Of a stretch of DNA of 64,000 nt, positions 9,958 through 20,074 are shown in pieces. The stretch is from Candidatus Babeliales bacterium. GTDB lineage: Bacteria; Babelota; Babeliae; Babelales; JANWKD01. Within the stretch, counting starts at the first letter, position 1, and every line of letters begins with the position of its first letter. Location: NCBI GenBank assembly GCA_963762115.1, contig CAVXJH010000005.1, forward strand, positions 64,001 to 128,000. Direction: 5' to 3'. Below the pieces are notes generated by a model. The model searched no databases, was not told the DNA's origin, and saw nothing but the letters and a program-made list of their open reading frames with translations. The translations under genes were made by a program, and so were the position numbers.

Positions 9958-11427
9958 TTATTGAAATTTTCTCTTGTTTAAAAAAGTAATAAAAGGCTTT
10001 GCGCCATTGCGCAGAGTGCGTTCTTGTGTGCTGAAATCAACATGATATAAACCAAATCCTTGATTATACCCATCACACCACTCCCAATTATCCATCAACG
10101 TCCAATAATGATAGCCGCGCACATCAAAACCATCTTGAACTGCTTTTGCAACGGCATATAAATGCCTATTGATAAACGATTCTTTTATACCATCAGCTTT
10201 ATCAGCAACACCATTTTCAGTCACATACATCGGTATACCAAGCACTGAACATCGCTCAATTGCTCGATACAATCCTTCAGGATACACAACATTACCCTTT
10301 TCAGTTATGTGCTCATAAGGGTGTATTGCCACGGCAAAAGGTTGTTTAAATCGATAAAATAATTTAAGTGATGTATGAGAATAATAATTTATACCAATAA
10401 AATCTAATGATTGTTGTGCATGTTTATTTATGCCATCAACAAGAGTGTACCCGGGAAATCCCCACACAAATTTTCCTGTTTTAAAATAATTAATCGTAAC
10501 TTGATTCAAAAGAGTATCAAACAAATGCGCAACTATTTTTTCAAGTGGATGCCAAGCATGATAAGGATCCAACGGTTGGATAACATGTGCAAAGCCAATT
10601 TGCAATGCTGCATCTTCAGGAGCACGCTTTTTAAATGCCTGATACACGGCAATATGAGCATCCAAAAAATTGCGCAGCACAACACCAGCTAAAGTTAAAT
10701 CATGTCTTCCTGGAGGATAATGACCACGAAAAAAACCTTCCAAGGCATACCCAGAAGGTTCATTGATCGTCATCCATGTTTTTACGTCATTATGCAAATG
10801 TTCAAAAACATACAAAGCAAAACGCACAAAATAAGCGATGTTTTCTACTTTTTCAAAACCACCTTTTTGCTCAAGCCATTGCGGTGAGGTATGATGCCAT
10901 AACATAATAATTGGCTTGATACCACGCGCACAAAGCGCTTTTACCAAAGCAAGATAGTGCTCCATAACCTTATCATCAAAAACACCTTCTTCTCGTTCTA
11001 ATTTGCTCCAAGAAATTGAAAATCGATAAGCATCAAAACCACCATCTTGAATTAATTGAATATCATCTTCCCACCGATTCCAATGATCACATGCATGCCC
11101 AACCTTTTGACCATCTTTAATATGACCATCTTCGTTTTCCCATGCAACCCACGTATCAGGAGCAATCTGATCATCGTAATAATAAGGCCCTTCAAGCTGA
11201 TATGCTGAGGTTGCAACACCAAACTCAAAATCAAGAGGAAATGCCAACGTAGCAAGAAAATTATCTTGTTCACTCTTAATTACTGACCAATCCCATCGCA
11301 ATGGTGATTTAGAAAGTATTTTCACCTTTGTTTGTTGCTTGCAAGTATGCTTATCAGCGGCTTGAAGAGAGCATGTTTGAAATAAAATAATAGTTAATAA
11401 TAAAATTTTTTTTGCATAGTTCATCAT
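9958..11427 (-). CDS. Glycoside hydrolase family 1 (beta-glucosidase-like) with signal peptide
   Basis: FGVATSAYQLEG, YRFSISW, TINEP (acid/base), VTENG (nucleophile), DNWEW. Confidence 0.93.
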   Translation of the reverse strand: MMNYAKKILLLTIILFQTCSLQAADKHTCKQQTKVKILSKSPLRWDWSVIKSEQDNFLATLAFPLDFEFGVATSAYQLEGPYYYDDQIAPDTWVAWENEDGHIKDGQKVGHACDHWNRWEDDIQLIQDGGFDAYRFSISWSKLEREEGVFDDKVMEHYLALVKALCARGIKPIIMLWHHTSPQWLEQKGGFEKVENIAYFVRFALYVFEHLHNDVKTWMTINEPSGYALEGFFRGHYPPGRHDLTLAGVVLRNFLDAHIAVYQAFKKRAPEDAALQIGFAHVIQPLDPYHAWHPLEKIVAHLFDTLLNQVTINYFKTGKFVWGFPGYTLVDGINKHAQQSLDFIGINYYSHTSLKLFYRFKQPFAVAIHPYEHITEKGNVVYPEGLYRAIERCSVLGIPMYVTENGVADKADGIKESFINRHLYAVAKAVQDGFDVRGYHYWTLMDNWEWCDGYNQGFGLYHVDFSTQERTLRNGAKPFITFLNKRKFQ

Positions 11428-11431
11428 GCTA

Positions 11432-12184
11432 TTATTTTCCTACTGGATCTTCCGAGGGTAAAAATTGTTCTTTTTTTAAATATTCTTCAAATGCTTTGGG
11501 ATCTTTAAAAACAAACCCTTTGATTTTTGGGTCAAATTTTTGAGCTCCTTCAACATTTTCCTTTTTATCATCAACAAAAATAGTTTGCTTATTTTTTATA
11601 CATTCTTCATCATTATTACAAAATTCTTTGTTAACCTTTTTGTGAAGTCTTTTATAAAATTTTTTATCTGGTTTTTTACCATTGCTCTTGCCAGAAACAA
11701 AAAGAATATCAAACAAATCAAAAATTTCTTTCCGCGATTTTTTATGATGCGCCAAAGAGTCTTCGTGCATATTTGATGCCAATACTATTTTAACACGATT
11801 GGCTCGTAATTTTTTTATCAGTGCAATAGTTTCTTGGTTAGGTTTATCACGTATTTCTAAACATTCATATAACCCATCATAATATTTTTTCAAATGTGGA
11901 AGATCACGAGCTAAACTATCAATCGAAACATCTTCTCCTTGTATGCGTTTCCATAAAACTTGCAAACTAGCACTATGCAAATGAATATCAAGAATATTCT
12001 GCCAATACAAATTGGCAAAACAACTATTTGCACTATGTTTATCTTGATCCACGACAACATCATGGTAATCAAAACGAGCTTCCTTAACCGGTTCTGCTTG
12101 ATTTGTTTCATCAGCAAAACAAATTAACGAACTAACTGCCAAAAAATTGAACATCAAACTTTTAAAGCGCTTATTCACTATCAT
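11432..12184 (-). CDS. Exported HAD-superfamily hydrolase-like protein
   Basis: FDYHDV, LASN, KKPD, FVDDK..NV..A motifs. Confidence 0.75.
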   Translation of the reverse strand: MIVNKRFKSLMFNFLAVSSLICFADETNQAEPVKEARFDYHDVVVDQDKHSANSCFANLYWQNILDIHLHSASLQVLWKRIQGEDVSIDSLARDLPHLKKYYDGLYECLEIRDKPNQETIALIKKLRANRVKIVLASNMHEDSLAHHKKSRKEIFDLFDILFVSGKSNGKKPDKKFYKRLHKKVNKEFCNNDEECIKNKQTIFVDDKKENVEGAQKFDPKIKGFVFKDPKAFEEYLKKEQFLPSEDPVGK

Positions 12185-12277
12185 TTTTTTCTTCCATCAT
12201 GTTTTGATCATATTCTTTTTTAAATTCTTCCGGCGTGACAGCACGAATATTAAGCTCTGATTGTTGCACTGCGCTTT

Positions 12278-12895
12278 CTATGATACATAATTCTTGCAAA
12301 GCCGCGCAATTCCTATGGAACCTGCAGCGATAGCAAAAGATACTGGAATTAATGCTGATGTTATATACTGAACCTTCTTGTGCATCTTCTCTTCTTCAAG
12401 ATTCTTCTCAAACTCTTCATCTTCTTCATCAACTACTTTTTTTTCAGAAATATACCCTTGATTTTCATGCCAAATTAACGAATCAGCAAGTTGCTTAGAA
12501 TCTGATTTCTCTAGTGCCATAAACCCTTGCTCTAACTTTGTATATAACATTGTCAACGCACTATGAGCCAAAAGACCTAATCCGCCAATTGCCAGACAAT
12601 TTTTAATTGAAAAATCTAATCTAGATGACTTAGTGCCAATAAGAGCAGCGCCAAAAAAGGGAAGCGATGATAAAGCTCCGCACATAAAATCTTTTTTTAT
12701 AGTCCCATGCCAGTTAGGCAAACCATGTATTTTCTTTAAAAAGCAACTCGATGCTGTAGCCAAACCTGCTGCCATCATTGTAGCTACGGGCGCTACATTA
12801 TGTTTTATAGCCGCACCAGCAGTTTCCATGCCACTTGCCCTATTAAAAACACAAATAGAAACAAATAGCCATACGATCAATTTTTTATTCTTCAC
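12278..12895 (-). CDS. Hypothetical exported membrane protein (SP-ME class)
   Basis: Signal peptide then ASG|METAG; several hydrophobic segments. Confidence 0.65.
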   Translation of the reverse strand: MKNKKLIVWLFVSICVFNRASGMETAGAAIKHNVAPVATMMAAGLATASSCFLKKIHGLPNWHGTIKKDFMCGALSSLPFFGAALIGTKSSRLDFSIKNCLAIGGLGLLAHSALTMLYTKLEQGFMALEKSDSKQLADSLIWHENQGYISEKKVVDEEDEEFEKNLEEEKMHKKVQYITSALIPVSFAIAAGSIGIARLCKNYVS

Positions 12896-12974
12896 GATAA
12901 TAACCCCCTTAAACCATAATTTTGATATAACCTCTATATTCTATTATACCATAAATATTTTTTTTGAAATGCCC

Positions 12975-13679
12975 CTATTTTTTGCGCATTTTTTGCAATT
13001 CAACACAAGATTCTGTATTTCCATGCCTCGTGCACGATCTTTTTTTATTTTGCAAATTCGATCGCCAATATTTTTCAGGAAGAGGAAGATAATAACGAGG
13101 CCCAATGATTTTCTCTAGAATCCAATATTGTTCTATTTTTTTAGGTTCTTCTTTAGGATATTTTTCTTGCAATCGTTTATATTTACTTCTAACTGTTTTT
13201 ACCCGGCATTCCACGTATCGTTTCAAACCATCAACATCTGCCGTTGATTGGCATTCCATTTGTTTTAATTTTTTCATTTCGCGTTCTTTTGCTTTTTGTA
13301 AACGCTTAGTGCGTTCTTGCACAAGATGCTGCTTAATATCATTAGTGATGCCAGGAAAGTATTTATCAAGAAACATTGGTACCTTACCAAACGTTAGTGG
13401 CGTCTTTTCTTTTTTTTCAATCTGCTGCATAGCTTTTTCTATCTCAGAGAAATAACTCAGTTCTCTTTCGATTATTTTTTCTGATATAAAACATGCTTCC
13501 TCTGTACCTTCAATACATTCCCTGTTCAATGCAACGAGCCCGTATTTTTCAAGTTCAGCTTCGAAAGCTTCTAGTGTTGCAAATCTTTTTTTACATTCAT
13601 ACATGTCTTCCCATGTTATGCCAAAAGCATTATAAGCAGCTAAACACATAATACTCATCACTAAACAATATTTTTTCAC
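12975..13679 (-). CDS. Hypothetical exported protein
   Basis: Signal peptide, charged helical body; 4-nt overlap with upstream gene. Confidence 0.65.
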   Translation of the reverse strand: MKKYCLVMSIMCLAAYNAFGITWEDMYECKKRFATLEAFEAELEKYGLVALNRECIEGTEEACFISEKIIERELSYFSEIEKAMQQIEKKEKTPLTFGKVPMFLDKYFPGITNDIKQHLVQERTKRLQKAKEREMKKLKQMECQSTADVDGLKRYVECRVKTVRSKYKRLQEKYPKEEPKKIEQYWILEKIIGPRYYLPLPEKYWRSNLQNKKRSCTRHGNTESCVELQKMRKK

Positions 13680-14464
13680 AGAGAACCTTTCACAGGTAAA
13701 GTAAATTTTTCAACACAATCTTTTTCTAATGCTTCAACAGAACTAAACAACAAACCTTGCATCTTTATTTCAGGTTGCTGCGCAGCACTGACATTTGTAT
13801 CAATAAGTATTAATTCAGGTGCATCACTAGGTTTATATTTTTCATTAATCATAGAGCGCAGTTCATGATAATACTCTTTCTGGAGTTTATGCATTTTTAT
13901 ACCCGAAACAAAAAGCACGTCATCAAACAAATCAAAAATATCTTTATGAATTTGCTTGTTGTAATCACAGCTTTCTTTCATCATTGAAGTGGTAAAAACA
14001 AGCTTTATACCCTGCAGTTTCAATTTTTTTAATACCTCAATAAGTTCCTCATCAGGTTCTTCTAAAGTAATAAAATTATAAATTTCATCCTTATATTTTT
14101 GTAGTTCTCGAAACTCTTTCAACACAATGCCTACCGATAATTTCTGTCCACGCAATTTTTTATAAGCAAGCACAAGTGCCACCCGTAACAACATGGGAAA
14201 TTCACGTTGATGTTTCACCAAAAACACAAATGCTTCACGCGGCTTTTTCCATCGTTTGTTATGAAAAACAAGAGCCTCATCAATAACAACAATCTTTGCA
14301 TGATCCAACTCTTGCACACAAAAAATTGTTTGCGCAACAAACAAAAAAAATAAGAAAAATCTAACACATTCTTTTTTTATCATCATACAATAATCCCTTT
14401 TCTCATTAGAAAAGCCCTGGAGGTTATCCAGGGCTTCAATTACTTTTTTATTTTTTACAATCAC
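13676..14464 (-). CDS. Degenerate HAD-like exported protein
   Basis: ELIEVLKKLK..GIKLV.TTS, IFDLFD, LIDT; paralogous to 11432 and 14470 ORFs; true start may be internal. Confidence 0.6.
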   Translation of the reverse strand: MIVKNKKVIEALDNLQGFSNEKRDYCMMIKKECVRFFLFFLFVAQTIFCVQELDHAKIVVIDEALVFHNKRWKKPREAFVFLVKHQREFPMLLRVALVLAYKKLRGQKLSVGIVLKEFRELQKYKDEIYNFITLEEPDEELIEVLKKLKLQGIKLVFTTSMMKESCDYNKQIHKDIFDLFDDVLFVSGIKMHKLQKEYYHELRSMINEKYKPSDAPELILIDTNVSAAQQPEIKMQGLLFSSVEALEKDCVEKFTLPVKGSL

Positions 14465-14469
14465 TACGT

Positions 14470-15225
14470 TTATGCAGCATGCTCAGGCAAGTAACCCAAC
14501 GCAATAAGATTTTTTTCTAACTTTTCAGCTGAAAGAAACCAAATCGGCCGCACATTATAATCAGCAAACTGCGCAGCATCGCAATGTCTTTTATGAGCAT
14601 CAACATACACATATTCTTGTTTGATAGTAAGATGAGCAAGATCATTCACTACATTGCGCAAACCCACAAAAAATTCATTGGAAGGCTTATACCCATGTTC
14701 TTCAGAACCATAATAATAAGCATCAAACAAAGCAAATAATTCTGGATACATTTTTTGTAAAAGTCCCATAACTTCTTCTGATTTATTCGTTGCCAATACT
14801 AAGATAACGCCTTCTTGTTTTAATTTTTTTAGAAGATCGATCATTGCTTGATTTGGCTGATCAAGAGTCACCAATTCATAAATTTCTTGTTCATATTGAG
14901 CTAAATGAGGATACTGTGCAAACATTCCTTTGAGAGAAACTTTATCAGTCATGTGCTTATACAAACAAACAGCTAAAACTTGCAATCCGCGAGGTATTTC
15001 ACGCCATGGTTGCTTTGAGAATAATTGACTTATTTTCTTGAGCATTTCAGTTTTCTGTTGTTCAGCCATAACATGTTGAAATGACATGACAACAGCTCGC
15101 TTGCTTGCTTGCACAACACTTGAATGCATCGTCAAAACTGAAAAAAATAATAAAACTGCTGCAATTTTTTTACTGTTAATCATAACATTCTCCGCAAAAA
15201 TAGAAGGGTAAAATTTTTTGCTCAT
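14470..15225 (-). CDS. Degenerate HAD-like exported protein
   Basis: LATN, YKPS..FF, YVDA; motif I Asp absent. Confidence 0.65.
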   Translation of the reverse strand: MSKKFYPSIFAENVMINSKKIAAVLLFFSVLTMHSSVVQASKRAVVMSFQHVMAEQQKTEMLKKISQLFSKQPWREIPRGLQVLAVCLYKHMTDKVSLKGMFAQYPHLAQYEQEIYELVTLDQPNQAMIDLLKKLKQEGVILVLATNKSEEVMGLLQKMYPELFALFDAYYYGSEEHGYKPSNEFFVGLRNVVNDLAHLTIKQEYVYVDAHKRHCDAAQFADYNVRPIWFLSAEKLEKNLIALGYLPEHAA

Positions 15226-15260
15226 TATGGCATTTTATGAAAAAAAAGTCGAACTGAAAG

Positions 15261-15300
15261 TCTCTTATTTCAAAATAGAGCAAGTTATTGAAATAAGAGA
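15261..15300. terminator. Hairpin, probable terminator
   Basis: tctcttatttcaa/ttgaaataagaga inverted repeat. Confidence 0.5.
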
Positions 15301-15351
15301 CTATTATTTACGGCGTTATTTCATTTTCTACTGATTTTTTGAAATAACAAA

Positions 15352-15855
15352 TTAAACTACTGATTCATCTTGGCTTACTTGAAAATGCATTGATTGCCTT
15401 TGTTTTTCTGCTTGTCGCCCGCGAACCCAATTTGTTATGGCCGCACCACAGCCATAGGTGCAAACCCCTAACGCACAAATGCCAAGTCCAACGGTTGTTC
15501 CTGCCATTATTGGCGTTGCATGATCATTATCATCAGTTTTATAATCATCAACAAGAAGTACTGTTGCCCATTCTCCTAGACCAGCTGCTATTGTTGTGCC
15601 AACACATAAGCCTGTCGTACAAAGACCAGAAAAAATTTTGCAACCCAATGACATTGACGGCAATTCTTGCTTAGGTTTTTTAACCTTTTTTAAATAAATA
15701 TGGGCGCCATGTTCTAACCCACTGTTAAGCTTATATTGATCATCAATAACTACTTCAAAAAGTTGACCTTTTTCCCCATCATCTTCTTGCATAGCAAAAG
15801 TTGTTGTTATAGAGAAAAATGCACACATCAAGCCACCAAAAAATACCATTTTCAT
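15352..15855 (-). CDS. Hypothetical exported protein with hydrophobic hairpin (SP-MQ class)
   Basis: MKMVFF...TFA|MQEDD; two Gly/Cys-rich TM segments; start moved from 15897. Confidence 0.65.
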   Translation of the reverse strand: MKMVFFGGLMCAFFSITTTFAMQEDDGEKGQLFEVVIDDQYKLNSGLEHGAHIYLKKVKKPKQELPSMSLGCKIFSGLCTTGLCVGTTIAAGLGEWATVLLVDDYKTDDNDHATPIMAGTTVGLGICALGVCTYGCGAAITNWVRGRQAEKQRQSMHFQVSQDESVV

Positions 15856-15935
15856 AAAATTCACTCTTTTTGTTATGAGAAAATAAAAGACAAGCACACC
15901 TTACTATTTTGAACAAATCTATGCAATGGTTTTTT

Positions 15936-17645
15936 TTACTGTTCTTCAGTTCCGAACGTAAATGCATAAGCTGAAACTCCTGAAGGCATAAGAAGACTCA
16001 ATGTATGTCGCCCGTTATCACCACGCAAATCAAGAATATCATACATGCGCGCTTCGTGAACAAGGATTTCTCCCTGCTCATTCATATCAACAGAATGATA
16101 GTTGTGTGCTACTTCTTCATTATCAAACATCACATGAACAGCACGAGGCTCATCAGATTGCATCACAAGATACACACGATTAGCAATAAAATTAAGATCC
16201 ATTCTGCTCATGTCACCCTCAGATTTAATATATTCAGGAGTAACATACCATGCTCCCTTAAGACCAATATAATCATTGGCAAGAGGCTCTTGATAGGAAT
16301 AATCGATCTTTTGATTTTGCTGAATTGCTGGTGATGTTTGATACTGCTGAGCTCGCGCAAAGCCAAGATATAATTCCGGCGTTTGTGCTTTTCTGAGTTG
16401 TATTGGTGTTTCTACCATACCTTTTGCACCAAGTCCTAATAAGGCACGGATTGCATTTTCAGTTTCTTGATAACCACCTTCGCCAAAATGGCGTTCTTTA
16501 ATAGCACCTTGTTGATCAATTAAATAATGAGCCGGCCAATAGCGATTATTATAAGCGCGCCACGTTTCATAATTACTATCAAGAGCAACAGGATATTCTA
16601 TGCCAAATCTCTTTACGGCATCTTGCACATTTTTTATATTTTTTTCAAAAGCAAATTCTGGCGTGTGAACACCCACTAAAACAAAACCTTTATCTTTATA
16701 ATCTGCATACCATTGTTTTAAAACGGGCAAAGTACGCACACAGTTAATACAACTATAGGTCCAAAAATCAACTAAAATGACTTTGCCACGCAATGTTGTC
16801 AGCGACAGCGGCTCGGTATTAATCCAATCCGCAATACCAACAAAATCAGGTGCTTGAGATTCAAGAATCCCTCCCAAAGGGTTATTCACCTCTTTTATTA
16901 CCACTTTCTCTAACTCCTTTTTAATTAAACTAGTATCTTCAAACGTAATCATAGGAAAATAGTTAAGAGTAAATTGTTGCAAAATAACATCCACATGAAA
17001 GGCAATGGCAAGTGCAGCAAAGATCATCAATAAGCCAAAACATTTTCGAATAATTTCTGCATAGGTACTCACCATCCTTGCTGAAGAGACAATTTTACTG
17101 CCGCCATAAGCAATTAAAAACATAGGCAATGCAGCGCCTAAACTATACATCAGCGTAATCAAAACAGCAGCACTGGTTATAGCACGTGTTGCCGCCAACG
17201 TAGAAATTGCTGCTAAAATTGGCCCTGCACATGGCGTCCAGATCAAACCAAGCGCAATACCCAATACAATACCACTCAAAAATCCAGAACCGACTAACGA
17301 TGATTTGCCTTGTATAACATTGCCAATCCGCGCAATTCCTGAAAAATAGCGCACGAGCATTTGTTCAAATCGAGGAAAAAAAAGTGTACAGCCAAAAAAA
17401 ATCATGATAACAATAGCCGCATACCGTAAAAAATCTGGGGAAATGCCAAATGCATGTGCAAGACTTGTCAAAGTAAGCGTAAAAAATGCAAAGCTCACCG
17501 TAAATCCAAGAATTACACCAATTGGTCTAAAACGCCCTGAACCAACACCACTTGCCAATAACAAGGGCAAAATGGGCAAAATGCATGGCGAAAGCACGGT
17601 AACTAACCCAGCAAGAAAAGAAAAAAATAATAAAATGATCATCAT
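15936..17645 (-). CDS. dipZ: DipZ (CcdA/DsbD TM domain + thioredoxin + C-terminal domain)
   Basis: SPCILP, WTPCAGPIL, DFWTYSCINC, HTPEF. Confidence 0.9.
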   Translation of the reverse strand: MMIILLFFSFLAGLVTVLSPCILPILPLLLASGVGSGRFRPIGVILGFTVSFAFFTLTLTSLAHAFGISPDFLRYAAIVIMIFFGCTLFFPRFEQMLVRYFSGIARIGNVIQGKSSLVGSGFLSGIVLGIALGLIWTPCAGPILAAISTLAATRAITSAAVLITLMYSLGAALPMFLIAYGGSKIVSSARMVSTYAEIIRKCFGLLMIFAALAIAFHVDVILQQFTLNYFPMITFEDTSLIKKELEKVVIKEVNNPLGGILESQAPDFVGIADWINTEPLSLTTLRGKVILVDFWTYSCINCVRTLPVLKQWYADYKDKGFVLVGVHTPEFAFEKNIKNVQDAVKRFGIEYPVALDSNYETWRAYNNRYWPAHYLIDQQGAIKERHFGEGGYQETENAIRALLGLGAKGMVETPIQLRKAQTPELYLGFARAQQYQTSPAIQQNQKIDYSYQEPLANDYIGLKGAWYVTPEYIKSEGDMSRMDLNFIANRVYLVMQSDEPRAVHVMFDNEEVAHNYHSVDMNEQGEILVHEARMYDILDLRGDNGRHTLSLLMPSGVSAYAFTFGTEEQ

Positions 17646-17831
17646 ATACCCCTTATCATAGATTATACATTCTTATCAATTCTCCATCATTTTCAAATAA
17701 ATAATCAATATTTATCTGCAGCATTTATCTGCAGCGCAAAAAACATTTCTATTTTGATTAACGGGTTGAATATTCTTTATAAATATGGTATATATAAAAA
17801 CAATATATATGTTTTTAATGGCAGGTTTTTT

Positions 17832-18989
17832 ATGAGAAATATACTTTATTTCGTTCTCTTGTGCTCGTTTATAACATTCTCTTTTTCAATACAAGAAAAC
17901 AATGATCCTTTTTATCATATTTTACAAAAAGTGAAAAAAATCGATCCCCAAGCATCTCCAGAAGAATATCAAATTCTTTTTCAAGAGTTGCAAAAAAACA
18001 ATCTTTCGGTGAACAAATGCGTTGAATTACTTTTAGAAAGAAAAAAAGAAAAAGGCTTTAAAAGCACGCGATATTTTAATGATGAAAATAAAGCAATCAT
18101 CAAAAAAATTCACGCTAAGCAACAAGCTGAAGACGCACATAAAAAAATCAAATTAGTCGTACATCTCTCACCCGACATTAATCTCAGCCAGGAAGAAAAA
18201 AAAGAAATTTCAGCAACATTCTCAGATCGTTATAGCGTAACGTTAAAAAATGCAGAAGAAATATATGATCGAAACAGATTATATAAAAATAGCGATTTAA
18301 GCGCTCTAGAAGGAACATGTTGCCGCAGAAGAATACAAAATCTGCACAGTAATGACCTTACAGCAATTATTCCAGGATCTTATCATGTTTATATAGGAAT
18401 AGATTTTGTACAAGCAACACCCAATAAACGTAAGGCTATGCTTTTGCATGAAAAAAAACATATGGAAAATAATCATCAAGTCTTACTCGAGTGTCTGGAA
18501 AAAATGATCGAAAAAAACATCAAAGTTCACGATCCGCATAAACCATATTTTTTACCAGGAAACACACAATCAAAAGCTTTTTCTCGAGCATTAGAAGCAG
18601 AGGCCGATCGATTAGCAATTATCTCCAGTGATCTTGCCACTGCTGCCTGTTTTAATGATTATATAACTGACGATGAAATTGAAAGTGAAATTGAAGATGA
18701 AGAAATAGCAAAATTCAAAGCACATCAACGATTTAGAAAGCGAGCTGAATGGTTTTTACGCTTATACAACCTTAAAAAAGCCGAAGAAATTGCACAGCAA
18801 AATGGTTCAAGTTCTTGCATTCAAGGCGCGCATGATTCCCATAACCTCAGAAATCTTAATACGCGACTTGCTGAGCAAAACATACGTGGATTGCATTTCG
18901 GGATGAAACTTCTTCCAATACCGTTGGCGATCCTCAAGTCTAAAAAATTTTTTTGCAACCTTAAAAACATTGCGCGCAAACCATTGTGA
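17832..18989 (+). CDS. Exported putative zinc metalloprotease (M48-like)
   Basis: Signal peptide from MRNILYF; LLHEKKH (HExxH) and downstream EAEAD. Confidence 0.6.
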   Translation: MRNILYFVLLCSFITFSFSIQENNDPFYHILQKVKKIDPQASPEEYQILFQELQKNNLSVNKCVELLLERKKEKGFKSTRYFNDENKAIIKKIHAKQQAEDAHKKIKLVVHLSPDINLSQEEKKEISATFSDRYSVTLKNAEEIYDRNRLYKNSDLSALEGTCCRRRIQNLHSNDLTAIIPGSYHVYIGIDFVQATPNKRKAMLLHEKKHMENNHQVLLECLEKMIEKNIKVHDPHKPYFLPGNTQSKAFSRALEAEADRLAIISSDLATAACFNDYITDDEIESEIEDEEIAKFKAHQRFRKRAEWFLRLYNLKKAEEIAQQNGSSSCIQGAHDSHNLRNLNTRLAEQNIRGLHFGMKLLPIPLAILKSKKFFCNLKNIARKPL

Positions 18990-19826
18990 AAAAAATCCTA
19001 ATCCTTGCATCTGCCCCAATTGAGCTCTAGGCACGGTACCAATTGAAAAAAAAGCACAGCCTTCTGCTCGCAATACAGTAAGTGCTGATAACATTAAAAA
19101 TTCTGAAGTGACCGTTGGCGCCTCAGGAATAACCATTGATATATTCAAAACCCATCCATGAAAAGCGTCAATACGATTCAACATCAAAACGCCTATAACT
19201 CGCCCATTATGCTCAGCATAAAACCATCGTTTATGTATTCGATCAGCAAACACATTGACCTGCAAATAATAAATTTGTGGCCCTTTTCGATTCTGCAACC
19301 AACTATCACGAACTTCTTGCATCGCTTCTTCTAATTGCTCATCGTAATCACAATATTCTTTAACCTGAATACCATCACGAATAGATTGATTATATTTATT
19401 ACGCAATAATGAAGCTTTTTTTCCTTTTTTATGTGTTGGATCTATTGTGGGATTAAGAATAACTTCAACACCACATTCAATAGCAGAACTGCAATACCGA
19501 TTCATAGACCATTTCATGAATTGCTCAGAAGTTGCAATATAAATAACATTCTTATCCTGCGCAGAACAAAATGTATGAAATTCTCTCATCAATCCTTCAA
19601 GACTATCATGCGGACAAACTGGATCACCAATAACAACAACATATTTTGATGCCATGCGATAGCCAATAACGCCATCAATTGATTCAGCGCTAAAAACTTT
19701 ACACGCAGGATCAAGCAAAGCAATAGAGGCAGAATTTCCCCAGCGATATACACACTCCGCTACGCTCTGATCTTGTTGAGACAAATAAATGTTTTTTTCT
19801 TTTATACTTGTTATATAGTTTTTCAT
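18807..19826 (-). CDS. Aminoacyl-phosphatidylglycerol synthase C-terminal domain protein (DUF2156/MprF-like, stand-alone)
   Basis: VVIGDPV, LRN..N...R.G, final R.YWKKFHP...Y pattern; start moved from 19907. Confidence 0.75.
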   Translation of the reverse strand: MKNYITSIKEKNIYLSQQDQSVAECVYRWGNSASIALLDPACKVFSAESIDGVIGYRMASKYVVVIGDPVCPHDSLEGLMREFHTFCSAQDKNVIYIATSEQFMKWSMNRYCSSAIECGVEVILNPTIDPTHKKGKKASLLRNKYNQSIRDGIQVKEYCDYDEQLEEAMQEVRDSWLQNRKGPQIYYLQVNVFADRIHKRWFYAEHNGRVIGVLMLNRIDAFHGWVLNISMVIPEAPTVTSEFLMLSALTVLRAEGCAFFSIGTVPRAQLGQMQGLGFFSQWFARNVFKVAKKFFRLEDRQRYWKKFHPEMQSTYVLLSKSRIKISEVMGIMRALNART

Positions 19827-20074
19827 CTTATTTTTAGTTTGTCTCGAGCTAATAACAAAAAGCAACCTTTTTTTATTTTTTAAAAATTTATGTCCCAAGC
19901 TCCCCATAAAGTGACGATTCGTTTTAAGCCAAATAATTTTGGCCTATGATCAAAACCATAAGAAATTGCCACAGCAAAACCGGCCGGATGATCTCGTAAT
20001 AAAAAATAATGTTGCATGAATATACAACAGATAAGGCTTACTTTTTTTACTACGTTCCTTTTCATACCATTACT

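Noticed and set aside
17710..17735. 13-bp tandem duplication atttatctgcagc (similar 13-bp duplication at 60263-60288)
   Set aside because: Only two units each; consistent with slippage, no functional evidence
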